A DNA stretch of 64,000 nucleotides from an uncultured delta proteobacterium. Its GTDB lineage: Bacteria; Myxococcota; Myxococcia; SLRQ01. A program made the position numbers and the translations under genes. Position 1 is the first letter of the stretch. Each line of letters opens with the position of its first letter. Shown piece by piece: positions 12,388-22,764 of the stretch. Where the stretch lies: assembly GCA_963727485.1 (NCBI GenBank), contig CAVSGM010000003.1, forward strand, positions 256,001 to 320,000, written 5' to 3'. The notes below the pieces were generated by a model that did not search any database, was not told where the DNA came from, and was given only the letters and a program-made list of their open reading frames with translations.

Positions 12388-13431
12388 TCAGGCCACCGGG
12401 TGGCCGTCGGCCCCGACCTCCCAGGTGTCGCCGCCGTGGAGCAGCCGGGCGATGTCGCCCTTGCCCCGGCTGGCCTCGACGGTCTCCACCTGCTCCCGGA
12501 GGAGGTCCTCGTAGGTGGGCCGCTGCACCCGCCGGAACACCCCGACCGGGGTGGGGAAGGCCGGCGGGGTGAGCCGCGAGAGCATGAAGGCGTAGGTCGG
12601 GTCCTCGATGTCCTCGTGGTGGACCACCAGGTCCGCCTCGGTCACCCCGTCCTCGCCGAGGGTGACCACCCGGGGGTGGCCGTCCTCGTCCATGGCGATG
12701 CCCTTGTTCCGCTCGGATCCGAAGACGAGGGGCTTGCCGTCCTCGAGGAAGAGGACGTGATCGGGCTTGGTGGCCTTCTCGGTGAGCAGGGAGAACGCGC
12801 CATCGTTGAAGATGTTGCAGTTCTGGTAGATCTCGATGAACGAGGTCCCGTGGTGGGCGGCGGCCTGCTTGAGGAGCTCCGAGAGGTGCTTGGGGTCCCG
12901 GTCGAGGCCCCGGGCCACGAAGGTGCCCTCGGAGCCGAGCGCGAGGCTCAAGGGGTTCACCGGCTGGTCCAGGGAGCCGAACGGCGTCGACTTGGTCTTC
13001 TTCCCGGCCTCGGAGGTGGGCGAGTACTGGCCCTTGGTGAGCCCGTAGATCCGGTTGTTGAAGAGCAGGATGTTGATGTCGGGGTTTCGGCGCAGGGCGT
13101 GGATGAGGTGGTTGCCGCCGATGGAGAGGGCGTCCCCGTCGCCGGTGATCACCCACACCGACAGCTCGGGGCGCGTCGCCTTGAGCCCGGTGGCCACCGC
13201 CGGCGCCCGGCCGTGGATGGTGTGCATCCCGTAGGTGGCCATGTAGTAGGGGAAGCGGCTGGAGCAGCCGATGCCCGAGATGAAGGCGTAGTCCTCGCGC
13301 TTGTAGGGCAGGTCCGGGAGGGTGCGCTGGACCGCGGCGAGGATGGCGTAGTCGCCGCAGCCCGGGCACCAGCGGACGTCGATGCCCGCGTCGAAGTCCT
13401 TCTTGGTGAGCTTGATCGCGGTCTCGGTCAT
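12388..13431 (-). CDS. korB: 2-oxoacid:ferredoxin oxidoreductase beta subunit
   Basis: WCPGCGD, SGIGCSSR, GDGD, YGLTKGQYSPT. Confidence 0.93.
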   Translation of the reverse strand: MTETAIKLTKKDFDAGIDVRWCPGCGDYAILAAVQRTLPDLPYKREDYAFISGIGCSSRFPYYMATYGMHTIHGRAPAVATGLKATRPELSVWVITGDGDALSIGGNHLIHALRRNPDINILLFNNRIYGLTKGQYSPTSEAGKKTKSTPFGSLDQPVNPLSLALGSEGTFVARGLDRDPKHLSELLKQAAAHHGTSFIEIYQNCNIFNDGAFSLLTEKATKPDHVLFLEDGKPLVFGSERNKGIAMDEDGHPRVVTLGEDGVTEADLVVHHEDIEDPTYAFMLSRLTPPAFPTPVGVFRRVQRPTYEDLLREQVETVEASRGKGDIARLLHGGDTWEVGADGHPVA

Positions 13432-15296
13432 GACGACGCCTCCAGGGCCTCGTCGATGGCCCGGGTGATCTCGGATGTCTTGAAGGGCAGGCCCTTCACC
13501 TTGTTGAGGCCCTTGGCGTCGACCAGGAACTCGGCGCGCAACAGGCGCAGGAGCTGGCCGGCGTTGAGCTCGGCGACCATCACCCGCTTGAACCGCGCCA
13601 GGGTCGGCCCGACGTTTCGGGGCATCGGCGAGAGGTGGCGCAGGTGCAGGTGGCTGACCTTCTGGCCCTTCGCCCGGGCGTGCTCCACCGCGGCGGTGAG
13701 GGCGCCGTAGGTCGAGCCCCAGCCCACCAGGAGCAGGTCGCCCGAGTCGTCGCCCTGGAGCTCGGCGTCGGGGATGTCGTCGGCGATGCGGTCGATCTTC
13801 TCGCCGCGCAGGTGGATCATCCGCGCGTGGTTGTCCGGGTCGTAGGAGACGCCGCCGGTGACGTCCTGCTTCTCCAGGCCGCCGATGCGGTGCTCGAGGC
13901 CCGGCGTCCCCGGGCGCGCCCAGGGGCGGGCCAGGGTCTTCTCGTCCCGGAGGTAGGGGAAGAAGCCCTCGGGGTCGGTGCGGAACTTCACGCTCACCTC
14001 CGGGAGGTCCCCGGTCTCCGGGATCCGCCAGGGCTCGGCGCCGTTGGCGAGGTATCCGTCGGAGAGGAGGATCACCGGGGTCATGTACTTCACGGCGATG
14101 CGCGCCGCCTCCAGGGCCGCGTCGAAGCAGTCGACGGGGCTCTTGGCGGCGATGATGGCCACCGGGGCCTCGCCGTTGCGTCCGTACATCGCCTGGAGGA
14201 GGTCCGCCTGCTCGGTCTTGGTGGGCAGGCCGGTGGAGGGGCCGCCGCGCTGGACGGCGACCACCACCAGGGGCAGCTCGGCCATCACCGCGAGGCCCAC
14301 CGCCTCGGTCTTGAGGGCGAGCCCCGGACCGGAGGTGGAGGTGATCGCGAGGCTCCCGCCGAACGAGGCGCCGATGGCAGAGGCCACCGCCGCGATCTCG
14401 TCCTCGGCCTGGAAGGTGTAGACCCCGTACTCCTTGAGCCGGGAGAGCTCGTGGAGCAGGTCCGAGGCCGGGGTGATGGGGTAGCTGCCGAGGAAGAGCC
14501 GCAGCCCCGCCTTCTGGGCCGCCGCCACCAGGCCCATGGCGATGGCGCGGTTGCCCGTGAGGTTGACGTAGGTCCCGGGCTCGATGCCCGCGCGCGACGG
14601 CACCTCGTAGCGGCCCTGGAAGATCTCCGCGGTCTCGCCGTAGGCGTGGCCGGACTTGAGGGCCGTGGTGTTGGCGTCGATCAGCTGCTCCTTGCCCCGG
14701 AACTTCCGCTCGATCCACCCCAGGGTGGGCTCCAGCGGCCGGCTGTACATCCAGTAGAGGATGCCCAGGGTGAAGAAGTTCTTGCAGCGGTCGATCTCGC
14801 GGGTGGTCAGGCCCGAGTCCTTGAGGGCCTCGGCGGTGAGCCCGCCGATGTCCAAGGAGATGACCCGGTATCCGTCGAGGCTCCCGTCGTCGAGGGGGCT
14901 CTCGGTGTAGCCGGCCATCTTGAGGTTCTTGGCGATGAAGCCGCCGGTGTTCAGCACCAGGGTGCCGCCGGTCTTCACGTCGCCGAGGTTCCGCTTGAGG
15001 GCGGCGGGGTTCATGGCCACCAGCACGTCGAGGTCGTCACCGGGGGTGAAGATCTCGGAGCTGGAGAAGTTGAGCTGGAACCCGGAGACCCCTCCCAGGG
15101 TCCCGGCCGGCGCCCGGATCTCGGCCGGGTAGTCGGGGAGAGTGGCCAGGTCGTTGCCGACCAGGGCACTGGTGTTGGTGAACTGGGACCCGGTGAGCTG
15201 CATCCCATCGCCGGAATCACCGGCGAAACGGATGACTACCGCGTCCAGGGCTTCGACTTTTTCGTCGCGGGGGGACCGCGCGGAAGGTGCCGCCAT
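13428..15296 (-). CDS. korA: 2-oxoacid:ferredoxin oxidoreductase alpha subunit
   Basis: FAGDSGDGMQL, YPITPASD, QAEDEIA, QRGGPSTGLPTK. Confidence 0.93.
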   Translation of the reverse strand: MAAPSARSPRDEKVEALDAVVIRFAGDSGDGMQLTGSQFTNTSALVGNDLATLPDYPAEIRAPAGTLGGVSGFQLNFSSSEIFTPGDDLDVLVAMNPAALKRNLGDVKTGGTLVLNTGGFIAKNLKMAGYTESPLDDGSLDGYRVISLDIGGLTAEALKDSGLTTREIDRCKNFFTLGILYWMYSRPLEPTLGWIERKFRGKEQLIDANTTALKSGHAYGETAEIFQGRYEVPSRAGIEPGTYVNLTGNRAIAMGLVAAAQKAGLRLFLGSYPITPASDLLHELSRLKEYGVYTFQAEDEIAAVASAIGASFGGSLAITSTSGPGLALKTEAVGLAVMAELPLVVVAVQRGGPSTGLPTKTEQADLLQAMYGRNGEAPVAIIAAKSPVDCFDAALEAARIAVKYMTPVILLSDGYLANGAEPWRIPETGDLPEVSVKFRTDPEGFFPYLRDEKTLARPWARPGTPGLEHRIGGLEKQDVTGGVSYDPDNHARMIHLRGEKIDRIADDIPDAELQGDDSGDLLLVGWGSTYGALTAAVEHARAKGQKVSHLHLRHLSPMPRNVGPTLARFKRVMVAELNAGQLLRLLRAEFLVDAKGLNKVKGLPFKTSEITRAIDEALEASS

Positions 15297-15488
15297 GGGG
15301 GGATCTCTCGATGGCACTGCGGGCCGAGGGGCGTGAGTCCGCCGGGGTGTGGCCCGTTACCGGGGCGGGCTGGCTCCGGCGAAGTCTATACCACTCGGGA
15401 CTCGCATCAACCTGCTGTCGTCATTTGTGTTTCTGGTAAGCCACCCGGCCGGTCCGGAGCGGGGTCGCCCAGGCGGAACGGGGTCGCC

Positions 15489-15535
15489 TTGACAGGGGGG
15501 GGATCGGGACCTAACCAAACAGAGAATCATTCTCT
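15489..15535 (+). promoter_or_regulatory. promoter plus 7-1-7 Fur/PerR-type operator
   Basis: TTGACA 15489-15494; perfect palindrome AGAGAAT-C-ATTCTCT 15521-15535. Confidence 0.7.
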
Positions 15536-15552
15536 CGTAGGCAGGACCCGAC

Positions 15553-16002
15553 ATGCTCAATGAATCCCAGGTCGACGAACGGATGCAGGCCTTCGTGGCC
15601 GTCTGCCGGGAGCGAGGCCTCTCGGTCACCCCCCAGCGGCTGGTGCTCTACAAGGCGCTGCTGAACACGACCGCCCATCCCTCTCCCGAGGGCCTCTTCG
15701 AGGAGGTCCGGGCCCAGATGCCCACCCTCTCCCTGGCGACGGTCTACAAGACCGTGGAGACCCTCAAGGACCTGGGTCTGGTCCAGGAGGTCAACCCCCT
15801 CCACGACCGGATGCGCCTCGACGCCAACATGGACCCGCATCACCATCTCGTGTGCGTGCGGTGCCGCGAGGTGGTCGACATCCACAGCGGCGACCTCGAC
15901 ACCCTGGCGCTCCCCGCCGAGCTCAAGCGCGGCTACGCCGTGTTCAACCACTCGGTGCAGTTCAGCGGCCTCTGCGCCGCCTGTCGCAAGGGCGTGCAGT
16001 AG
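15553..16002 (+). CDS. perR: Fur-family regulator, PerR-like
   Basis: TAHPS, SLATVYK, RLDAN..HHHLVCVRC..VVD, CAAC; adjacent to rubrerythrin. Confidence 0.8.
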   Translation: MLNESQVDERMQAFVAVCRERGLSVTPQRLVLYKALLNTTAHPSPEGLFEEVRAQMPTLSLATVYKTVETLKDLGLVQEVNPLHDRMRLDANMDPHHHLVCVRCREVVDIHSGDLDTLALPAELKRGYAVFNHSVQFSGLCAACRKGVQ

Positions 16003-16159
16003 GGCGCCGGGGGTGGGGGCCGGCGCCCGGGGATCCCGGGCGTCCGGGGCGGACTTCGTCGACGGGGTGGCCCGCCCCCCGTGGCGGACCTAGCCTTGGG
16101 CTTGGGGGTCGCGCCGCGCGCCGACTCGAGAGGCGGGAGACCCGCCATCGGCGGCGCCC

Positions 16160-16190
16160 TTGACAGCGTCTGGATCGAGAACCATTCTCC
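16160..16190 (+). promoter_or_regulatory. promoter with PerR-type operator overlapping the -10
   Basis: TTGACA 16160-16165; GAGAACCATTCTC 16177-16189 matches the palindrome before perR. Confidence 0.7.
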
Positions 16191-16253
16191 ATCGCGCCGT
16201 CGGGGATATCCCGTCGGACACCCGAACCCAAGCACAGATCAGGAGACGTACCC

Positions 16254-16673
<420 letters not shown>

Positions 16674-16799
16674 CGGCCGCGCGCCGTCAGTCGCACGGGC
16701 CCGCGCCGCGGGCTGCGTGACCGTCCGCCGGTGTCGCCGGCGGGCTCGGAGGAGGCCGGGTCGCGATTCGCACCCGGCCTCGTTTGCAGGAGGGCGCCG

Positions 16800-18082
16800 A
16801 TGCGGGGATTCGATCCCGACCACCACGACTTCTATGACCGGCAGGACCTCGATGCGGAGATGGACCGCATCTTCGACATCTGTCACGGCTGCCGGCTCTG
16901 CTTCAACCTCTGCCCCTCGTTCCCGGCGCTCTTCGACGCCATCGACGAGGGGGACCTCGACCCCAAGGAGGTCCCGGCGGGGGTGAGGCAGGAGGTGGTG
17001 GACCTCTGCTACAACTGCAAGCTCTGCTTTCCCAAGTGCCCCTACACCCCGCCGCACCAGTACGAGCTGGACTTCCCGGCGCTGATGCTCCGGGCCAAGA
17101 CGGTGAAGGCCAAGCACCAGGGGATCACCACCCGGGACAAGTTCCTCGGCAACCCGGGCCTGGTGGCGAAGATCGGCGGGGTGAGCCCGGGGCTGACCAA
17201 CGCGGTGAACGCCAAGGGCAGCCTCCCCCGCAAGGGCATGGAGCTGGTGCTGGGCATCGAGGCCGACCGGCACCTCCCGCCCATCGCCCCCGAGCCCTTC
17301 GAGAAGTGGTTCAATCGGCGTGGGCCCTCGCAGGCCCCGGGGGAACCAAGAAGGGCACGGTGGCGCTCTTCCACACCTGCTCCCTGAACTACAACTGGCC
17401 CGGGGCGGCGCGGGCCCTGGTCGAGGTGCTCGAGCACAACGGCTACGAGGTCGTCCGCCCGCCCCAGAAGTGCTGCGGGATGCCCGCCCTCGACGGGGGC
17501 GACGTGGACCTCGCCAAGACCTGGGCCCGGGAGAACCTCGACACCCTCTACCCGGCCCTCGAGGACGGGTGCGAGATCGTCATCCCCGGCCCGAGCTGCT
17601 CGATGATGATCCGCCACGACTGGCCGGTGCTCCTCAAGGAGGCCCGGGCCGAGGCGGTGGCCGAGCAGGCCTTCGACGCCGCGGAGTTCCTGATGAAGCT
17701 CGCGAAGGCCGGGGAGCTCGACACCGACTTCGTGTGGCACCCCGAGAAGATCGCCTACCACCAGCCCTGCCACCTCAAGGTGCAGAACCTGGGCGTCCCC
17801 GGCCGGGACCTGATGAAGCTCACCGGCGCCGAGGTGACGCTGGTGGACAAGTGCTCGGGGATGGACGGCACCTGGGGGATGAAGAAGCAGTACTTCGACC
17901 TCTCGATGAAGCAGGCCGGCAAGCTCGCAAGGGGCCTCGCCGACGTGGGCGCCGAGGTCCTCGCCTCGGACTGCCCGCTCGCGTCCCTCCAGGTCGAGGA
18001 CGCCGGCCAGGCGCGACCCCTCCATCCGGTGGAAGTGCTCCACCGGGCCTACGGTCTGGGGCCCGCGCCGAAGGAGACGTGA
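16800..18082 (+). CDS. Fe-S oxidoreductase (GlpC/HdrD-like, CCG domains; frameshift in G-run near 17340)
   Basis: [24 protein letters not shown], then KCCGMP, HQPCH, CSG in the next frame. Confidence 0.85.
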
Positions 18083-18690
18083 TGGACAAGCTCGCACGCA
18101 AGGATCTGCTCCCCCTCGACGTCTACGAGCAGGTGCGCTCCGACTGGCGCCAGGGGATCATCGAGTACAAGCGGAACCGGCGGGTGCAGGTCGGCGACCG
18201 GATCACCCTGGTCTTCGAGAACCGGAAGACCATGCGGTGGCAGGTGATGGAGATGCTCCGGGCCGAGCACATCAAGGACCCCGGGGCCATCGACGCCGAG
18301 CTCGAGGTCTACAACGCCCTGGTGCCCGGGGACGGAGAGCTCATCGCCACCATGTACATCGCCTTCTCCGAGACCGACCGGGTGCGCGAGGAGATGCCGC
18401 GCTTCCTCGGGACCGACCAGTCGGTGTGGCTGGTGGCCGGCGACCACGCCGTCCACGCCGAGCCCGAGGCCGGTCACAGCAAGGAGGACCGGATCAGCGC
18501 GGTCCAGTACCTCTTCTTCCACCTCGACGCCGCCGCGGCCAAGGCGCTGGCGACCCCGGGGACCGAGGTGCGCCTGGAGGTCCGCCACGAGCACGCGGCG
18601 GCGCGCCAGGTGCTCACCGAGCAGACGCGGGCGAGCCTCGCCGAGGACCTCGCCGGGGGCCCGAAGGCCGGGCCGGCACCTCGCTCCTAG
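18082..18690 (+). CDS. DUF3501 family protein
   Basis: KRNRRVQVG..TLVFEN..T...Q..EMLRAE, YNALVP, ISAVQYL; known partner of short rubrerythrins. Confidence 0.8.
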   Translation: MDKLARKDLLPLDVYEQVRSDWRQGIIEYKRNRRVQVGDRITLVFENRKTMRWQVMEMLRAEHIKDPGAIDAELEVYNALVPGDGELIATMYIAFSETDRVREEMPRFLGTDQSVWLVAGDHAVHAEPEAGHSKEDRISAVQYLFFHLDAAAAKALATPGTEVRLEVRHEHAAARQVLTEQTRASLAEDLAGGPKAGPAPRS

Positions 18691-19685
18691 CCGCGGCCCT
18701 TGCCGGCGCCGGTCTTCTTGCGCCGGCTCGAGCCCTTGGGGGCGCGGCCCCGGGAGGCGGCGGGGGCCTTGGCGGCCTTCCCCGAGCTCCGGGGGGACCG
18801 GTGGGCGGTGCCGTTGGGCCCCTTCTTGGGCCGGGTCTCGGCGTCGACCACCGGCGCGTAGTCGAGGACCATCCCCTCCTGGGCGGCGACGGCGCCGGCG
18901 AAGAGCTGGCGCGCGGCGCGCTCGATGGCGGCGACCTCGGGGTCGGTGCGCTCGGGGAGGTGGTGGAAGATGATGAACTGCCCGACCTCGGCGGCCTTGG
19001 CGATGTCGACGCCGGCGCGCCAGGTGGAGTGGCCCCAGCCGATGTGGCCGGCGTACTCGGCGTCGGTGTAGGTCGAGTCGTAGATGAGGGCGTCGGCGCC
19101 CCTGGCCAGCTCGATGAGGGCCCCGTCGGTCTCCGGGTCGTGCTCGATGTCGGTGGCGTAGACCACCGCGCGACCGGCGTGGTCGACCCGGTAGCCGATG
19201 GCATCGCCGGGGTGGTTGAGGCGGCACACCTTCACGGTCACCCCGTCGAGCTCCACCACCTCGCCCGGGGTCAGGGAGTGGACCCGGACGTCGCACCGGG
19301 CCTCCTCCTGCATGGTCACCGGGAAGTAGGGGGCCAGCATCTGGCCCGAGAGGATCTCCCCGACGTCCCGGCCGTCCTTGCTCTCGCCGTAGAGGTGGAG
19401 CTCGTTCCCCGGGACGAAGAGCGGCCCGAAGAAGGGGAACCCCATGATGTGGTCCCAGTGGTAGTGGGTGAAGAACACGTGCCCGGTGATGGGCATCTGG
19501 GGGGCCAGGACGTTGCCCAGCTCCCGGATGCCGCTGCCGGCGTCGAAGACCAGCAGGTGGCCCCCGGCCCGGATCTCCACGCAGGAGGTGTTCCCCCCGT
19601 AGCGCGAGGTGCGGGCGCCGGGGGAGGGCAGGGAGCCACGGGTGCCCCAGAAGCGGACGGTCAACCCGCCGCCGTCATGGAACAT
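18687..19685 (-). CDS. MBL-fold metallo-hydrolase with basic C-terminal tail
   Basis: FWGTRGS, YGGNTSC, THYHWDH, WGHS. Confidence 0.88.
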   Translation of the reverse strand: MFHDGGGLTVRFWGTRGSLPSPGARTSRYGGNTSCVEIRAGGHLLVFDAGSGIRELGNVLAPQMPITGHVFFTHYHWDHIMGFPFFGPLFVPGNELHLYGESKDGRDVGEILSGQMLAPYFPVTMQEEARCDVRVHSLTPGEVVELDGVTVKVCRLNHPGDAIGYRVDHAGRAVVYATDIEHDPETDGALIELARGADALIYDSTYTDAEYAGHIGWGHSTWRAGVDIAKAAEVGQFIIFHHLPERTDPEVAAIERAARQLFAGAVAAQEGMVLDYAPVVDAETRPKKGPNGTAHRSPRSSGKAAKAPAASRGRAPKGSSRRKKTGAGKGRG

Positions 19686-19881
19686 GGAGCCCTCCTCCGA
19701 TTGGCCCGGGGCGGTGCATGCGTGCCTGGTCGCGTCCCTTGCGCTCCACCCGCCCGTGGCGTAAGTGCGGGCAGGGACGTGCTTTTGGGACTGTAGCCGC
19801 GGTCGCGCGTCCCGCGCAAGAAAATCGGGGCCGGGCAGCGGGCATGGCACCCAGGCTCGCACCGGTCGCGGGTCCGGACAC

Positions 19882-20169
19882 ATGATCGATATCACACTCG
19901 GCCCGGACCACCACCGCCTCGAGGGGCGCCCCGGGGAGCGTCTCCTCGACGTGGCCCACGCGGGGGGCGTGCCCCTGCGCTACGCCTGCCGGCGGGCGGA
20001 CTGTGGCACCTGCGCGGTGCGGGTCAGCGGCCCGGGCCTCGAGGCCCCGGGGCCCGACGAGGTGGCGGTCCTGCGCCACCTGGGGCTGGCCCCGGAGACC
20101 CACCGGCTGGCCTGCCAGGCCCGGATTGCCCCGGGTGAGGTCGCGCTCGTGGTGGATATCCCCCGGTAA
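19882..20169 (+). CDS. 2Fe-2S ferredoxin
   Basis: CRRADCGTC ... RLACQ. Confidence 0.85.
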   Translation: MIDITLGPDHHRLEGRPGERLLDVAHAGGVPLRYACRRADCGTCAVRVSGPGLEAPGPDEVAVLRHLGLAPETHRLACQARIAPGEVALVVDIPR

Positions 20170-20434
20170 AGGGGGGCTTCTCCCCGCCGATGGATCCGCG
20201 TCCCCAGGTGTGGGGAGGCGGCCTGGCGAATATCCGTCGCCGTCGCCTGTTCCCATGACGCAGGGCGGCACGACGAATGGGCCGCACGCGGGGTGCGTAG
20301 CCAACCTGGGACTGGGAGCGAAGCACCCGGCAGAGTCGAAGGCCGGGGTTGCCAAGGTCAGATAGCGGGTTACTTTTGCCGGCGAATCGTTCTCCATTAT
20401 CGGGGAACGGCCCCAGCCGGGATACGAGGACGCC

Positions 20435-21332
20435 ATGAGCAAGTCCATCCTCCAGGACAAGGAGTACCTGCGGTACATCCGCGAGATTCAGCGCTATCCC
20501 CTCCTCAAACCCGAGGAGGAGAAGGCGCTGGCCTATCGCGCCCGTGAGGGGGACCGGGTGGCGGTCGAGCGGCTGGTCACGGCGAACCTCCGGTTCGTGG
20601 TGAAGGTCGCCCTCCAGTACCGGGGCTACGGCTTCCGGCTCCTGGACCTGATCCAGGAGGGGAACCTGGGCCTGATGCAGGGGGTCGAGAAGTTCGACCC
20701 GGACCGGGGCTTCCGCCTGGTCACCTACGCGGTCCACTGGATCCGCGCCTACATCCGCTCGTTCATCCTCAAGCAGTGGAGCCTGGTGCGCGTGGGGACC
20801 ACCCACGCCGAGCGGCGCCTCTTCTACCGGCTGCCCAAGGCCCGGCGGGAGCTGGGCGCGGCGGCCGAGGGCGCCCCCCAGGAGGTGCTGGCGGCCCTGG
20901 CCAAGCACCTCGACGCCACCGAGGACGAGGTCAAGAACGCCGAGCAGCGCATCTACGGCCGGGACCTCTCGCTCCAGACCCCGCTCCAGAGCACCGACGG
21001 CGACCGCACCATGGAGGACGTGATCCCCGACGAGCACGGCCTCGATCAGGCCGAGACGGTGATCCGCCGCAACGAGCAGGCGGCCCTGCGCGGGGCCATC
21101 GAGCAGGCCATCGAGGCCCTCGACGACCGGGAGCGGTACATCATCCGCCGGCGCTACCTCGGTGACGAGAAGGCCACCCTCCAGGGAGATCGGCGACGAG
21201 CTCGGGCTGTCCCGGGAGCGGGTGCGCCAGCTGGAGACCGTGGCCAAGGCCCGCCTCGAGGACACCCTGCGGCGCGACGCCTCGGACCTCGTCGAGGACA
21301 CCTTCGGCGAGGCGCTCCACGCCGACGCCTAG
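20435..21332 (+). CDS. RpoH/sigma32-family sigma factor (+1 frameshift near 21185)
   Basis: NLRFVVKVA..Y.GYG, DLIQEGN.GL, RpoH-box-like WSLVRVGTT..ERRLFYRL; region 4 TLQEIGDELGLSRERVRQLE in shifted frame. Confidence 0.85.
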
Positions 21333-21353
21333 GGTCGACTCCGCGGCCGGGGG

Positions 21354-21383
21354 CTTGAACCCCCGGCCAAAGGTTGCCACCCT
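21354..21383 (+). promoter_or_regulatory. putative RpoH-type promoter
   Basis: CTTGAA-N17-CCACCCT; same spacing before clpS and moeZ. Confidence 0.5.
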
Positions 21384-21403
21384 GTGCGTGGGGGAGGCAG
21401 TCC

Positions 21404-21847
21404 ATGGCACGCATCTTCACGGTGTCCGAGGCGAACGGGCTGGTGCCCGAGCTCGCCACCACCTTCGAGCGGATCGCGAGGCTCCGGCGGCACATCGCCG
21501 AGCACCTGGTCGATCTCGAGGCCGGCGGCCTGGAGATCGATCTCCGGGAGCCCCTGGAGGCCCAGCTCGAGGGCGTGCCCCACGACCGGCGGCCCGAGTT
21601 CCTGCGGCTGCTCCAGATGGTCAAGGAGATCGCCCACACGGTGCAGCGGCTCAACGACCAGGGGTGCGTGGTCAAGGACCTCGACCTGGGCACGGTGGAC
21701 TTCTACTCGGTGGTCGACGGGCAGCCGGTGTGGCTGTGCTGGCAGTACGGCGAGCGGAAGGTCGCCCACTACCACCCCCTGGACCAGGGCTTCGCCGACC
21801 GGTCGCGTCTCACGGGTGAGAAGCACCCGGGGGTGCTGTACAACTAG
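21404..21847 (+). CDS. DUF2203 family protein
   Basis: FTVSEAN, VKDLDLGTVDF, WLCWQYGE, GFADR. Confidence 0.8.
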   Translation: MARIFTVSEANGLVPELATTFERIARLRRHIAEHLVDLEAGGLEIDLREPLEAQLEGVPHDRRPEFLRLLQMVKEIAHTVQRLNDQGCVVKDLDLGTVDFYSVVDGQPVWLCWQYGERKVAHYHPLDQGFADRSRLTGEKHPGVLYN

Positions 21848-21853
21848 GCGGTC

Positions 21854-22486
21854 ATGTCCCACGTCCCCGACCGCCTCGCCACCACGCCGCTGCCCACCCT
21901 CCACGGCACCTTCACCTGTGTCGCCTTCGCCGATCCCCAGGATCCGGCGGTGACCCACGTGGCGATGGTGCGCGGTGACGTCGCCGGCGACGCGCCGGTG
22001 CCGGTGCGCGTCCACTCCGAGTGCTTCACCGGCGAGGTCCTCCACTCGGTGAAGTGCGACTGCCGGCGCCAGCTCGACGCGGCCCTCGATCACATCGACC
22101 GCGCCGATCGTGGGGTGGTGGTCTACCTGCGCCAGGAGGGGCGGGGCATCGGGCTGGTGGCCAAGCTCAAGGCCTACGCGCTCCAGGCCGGCGAGGGGCT
22201 CGACACCGTCGACGCCAACCGGCGCCTGGGCCTCCCCGACGACGCCCGGAGCTACGAGGTCGCCGCGGGGATCCTCCAGGCGCTGGGGGTGAAGCGCGTG
22301 GAGCTGTTGACCAACAACCCCGCCAAGGTCGCCGGGCTCGAGAAGGCGGGGATCGCGGTGGTGCGCCGGGTGCCGGTGGTGGTCGCGCAGGGGGACGCGG
22401 CGCGGGCGTACCTGGAGACCAAGGTGGCGCGGATGGGGCACGTGCTCGGGCCGGACGGCAGCGACCCGGACAAGAAGGCCGGGTAG
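21854..22486 (+). CDS. ribA: GTP cyclohydrolase II
   Basis: VRVHSECFTGE, CDC, QEGRGIGL, LLTNNP. Confidence 0.95.
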   Translation: MSHVPDRLATTPLPTLHGTFTCVAFADPQDPAVTHVAMVRGDVAGDAPVPVRVHSECFTGEVLHSVKCDCRRQLDAALDHIDRADRGVVVYLRQEGRGIGLVAKLKAYALQAGEGLDTVDANRRLGLPDDARSYEVAAGILQALGVKRVELLTNNPAKVAGLEKAGIAVVRRVPVVVAQGDAARAYLETKVARMGHVLGPDGSDPDKKAG

Positions 22487-22498
22487 CAGGTTGGCCGA

Positions 22499-22730
22499 GC
22501 CGGCGGCGGGCGCCGGCGCCCGCAGGGCGTCACCGTGTGCGGCGACATCCACCGCCGCGCCGGTCCTGATTCGGCGGACATCCCGACGCGCAGTCCACGC
22601 GACCGACGCCGGCGACGCGGCACGGGCAAGCCTGGTGCAGGATGCAGGCACCGAGTGGCACGGAGCCTGGTTCAGACCGGCCCCGCGACAAATGGCGCCA
22701 GGGTCACCGCCGGTTCGTGCCCGCCGGCTG
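22499..22730. repeat. REP/BIME-like non-coding element homologous to 50216-50484
   Basis: Shares GTTCGTGCCCGCCGGCTG (18/18), TGATTCGGCGGACA and an alignable ~130-nt core; lies between convergent genes. Confidence 0.7.
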
Positions 22731-22764
22731 GCGTACGGGGGCCGCCGCCGTGGGCCGCGCCCCG

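Noticed and set aside
16002..16028. Intrinsic terminator after perR
   Set aside because: GC hairpin present but no U-tract; such hairpins are common at this GC content
19845..19861. sigma54 promoter TGGCAC...GC before the ferredoxin
   Set aside because: GG-to-GC spacing is 11 nt rather than the required 10
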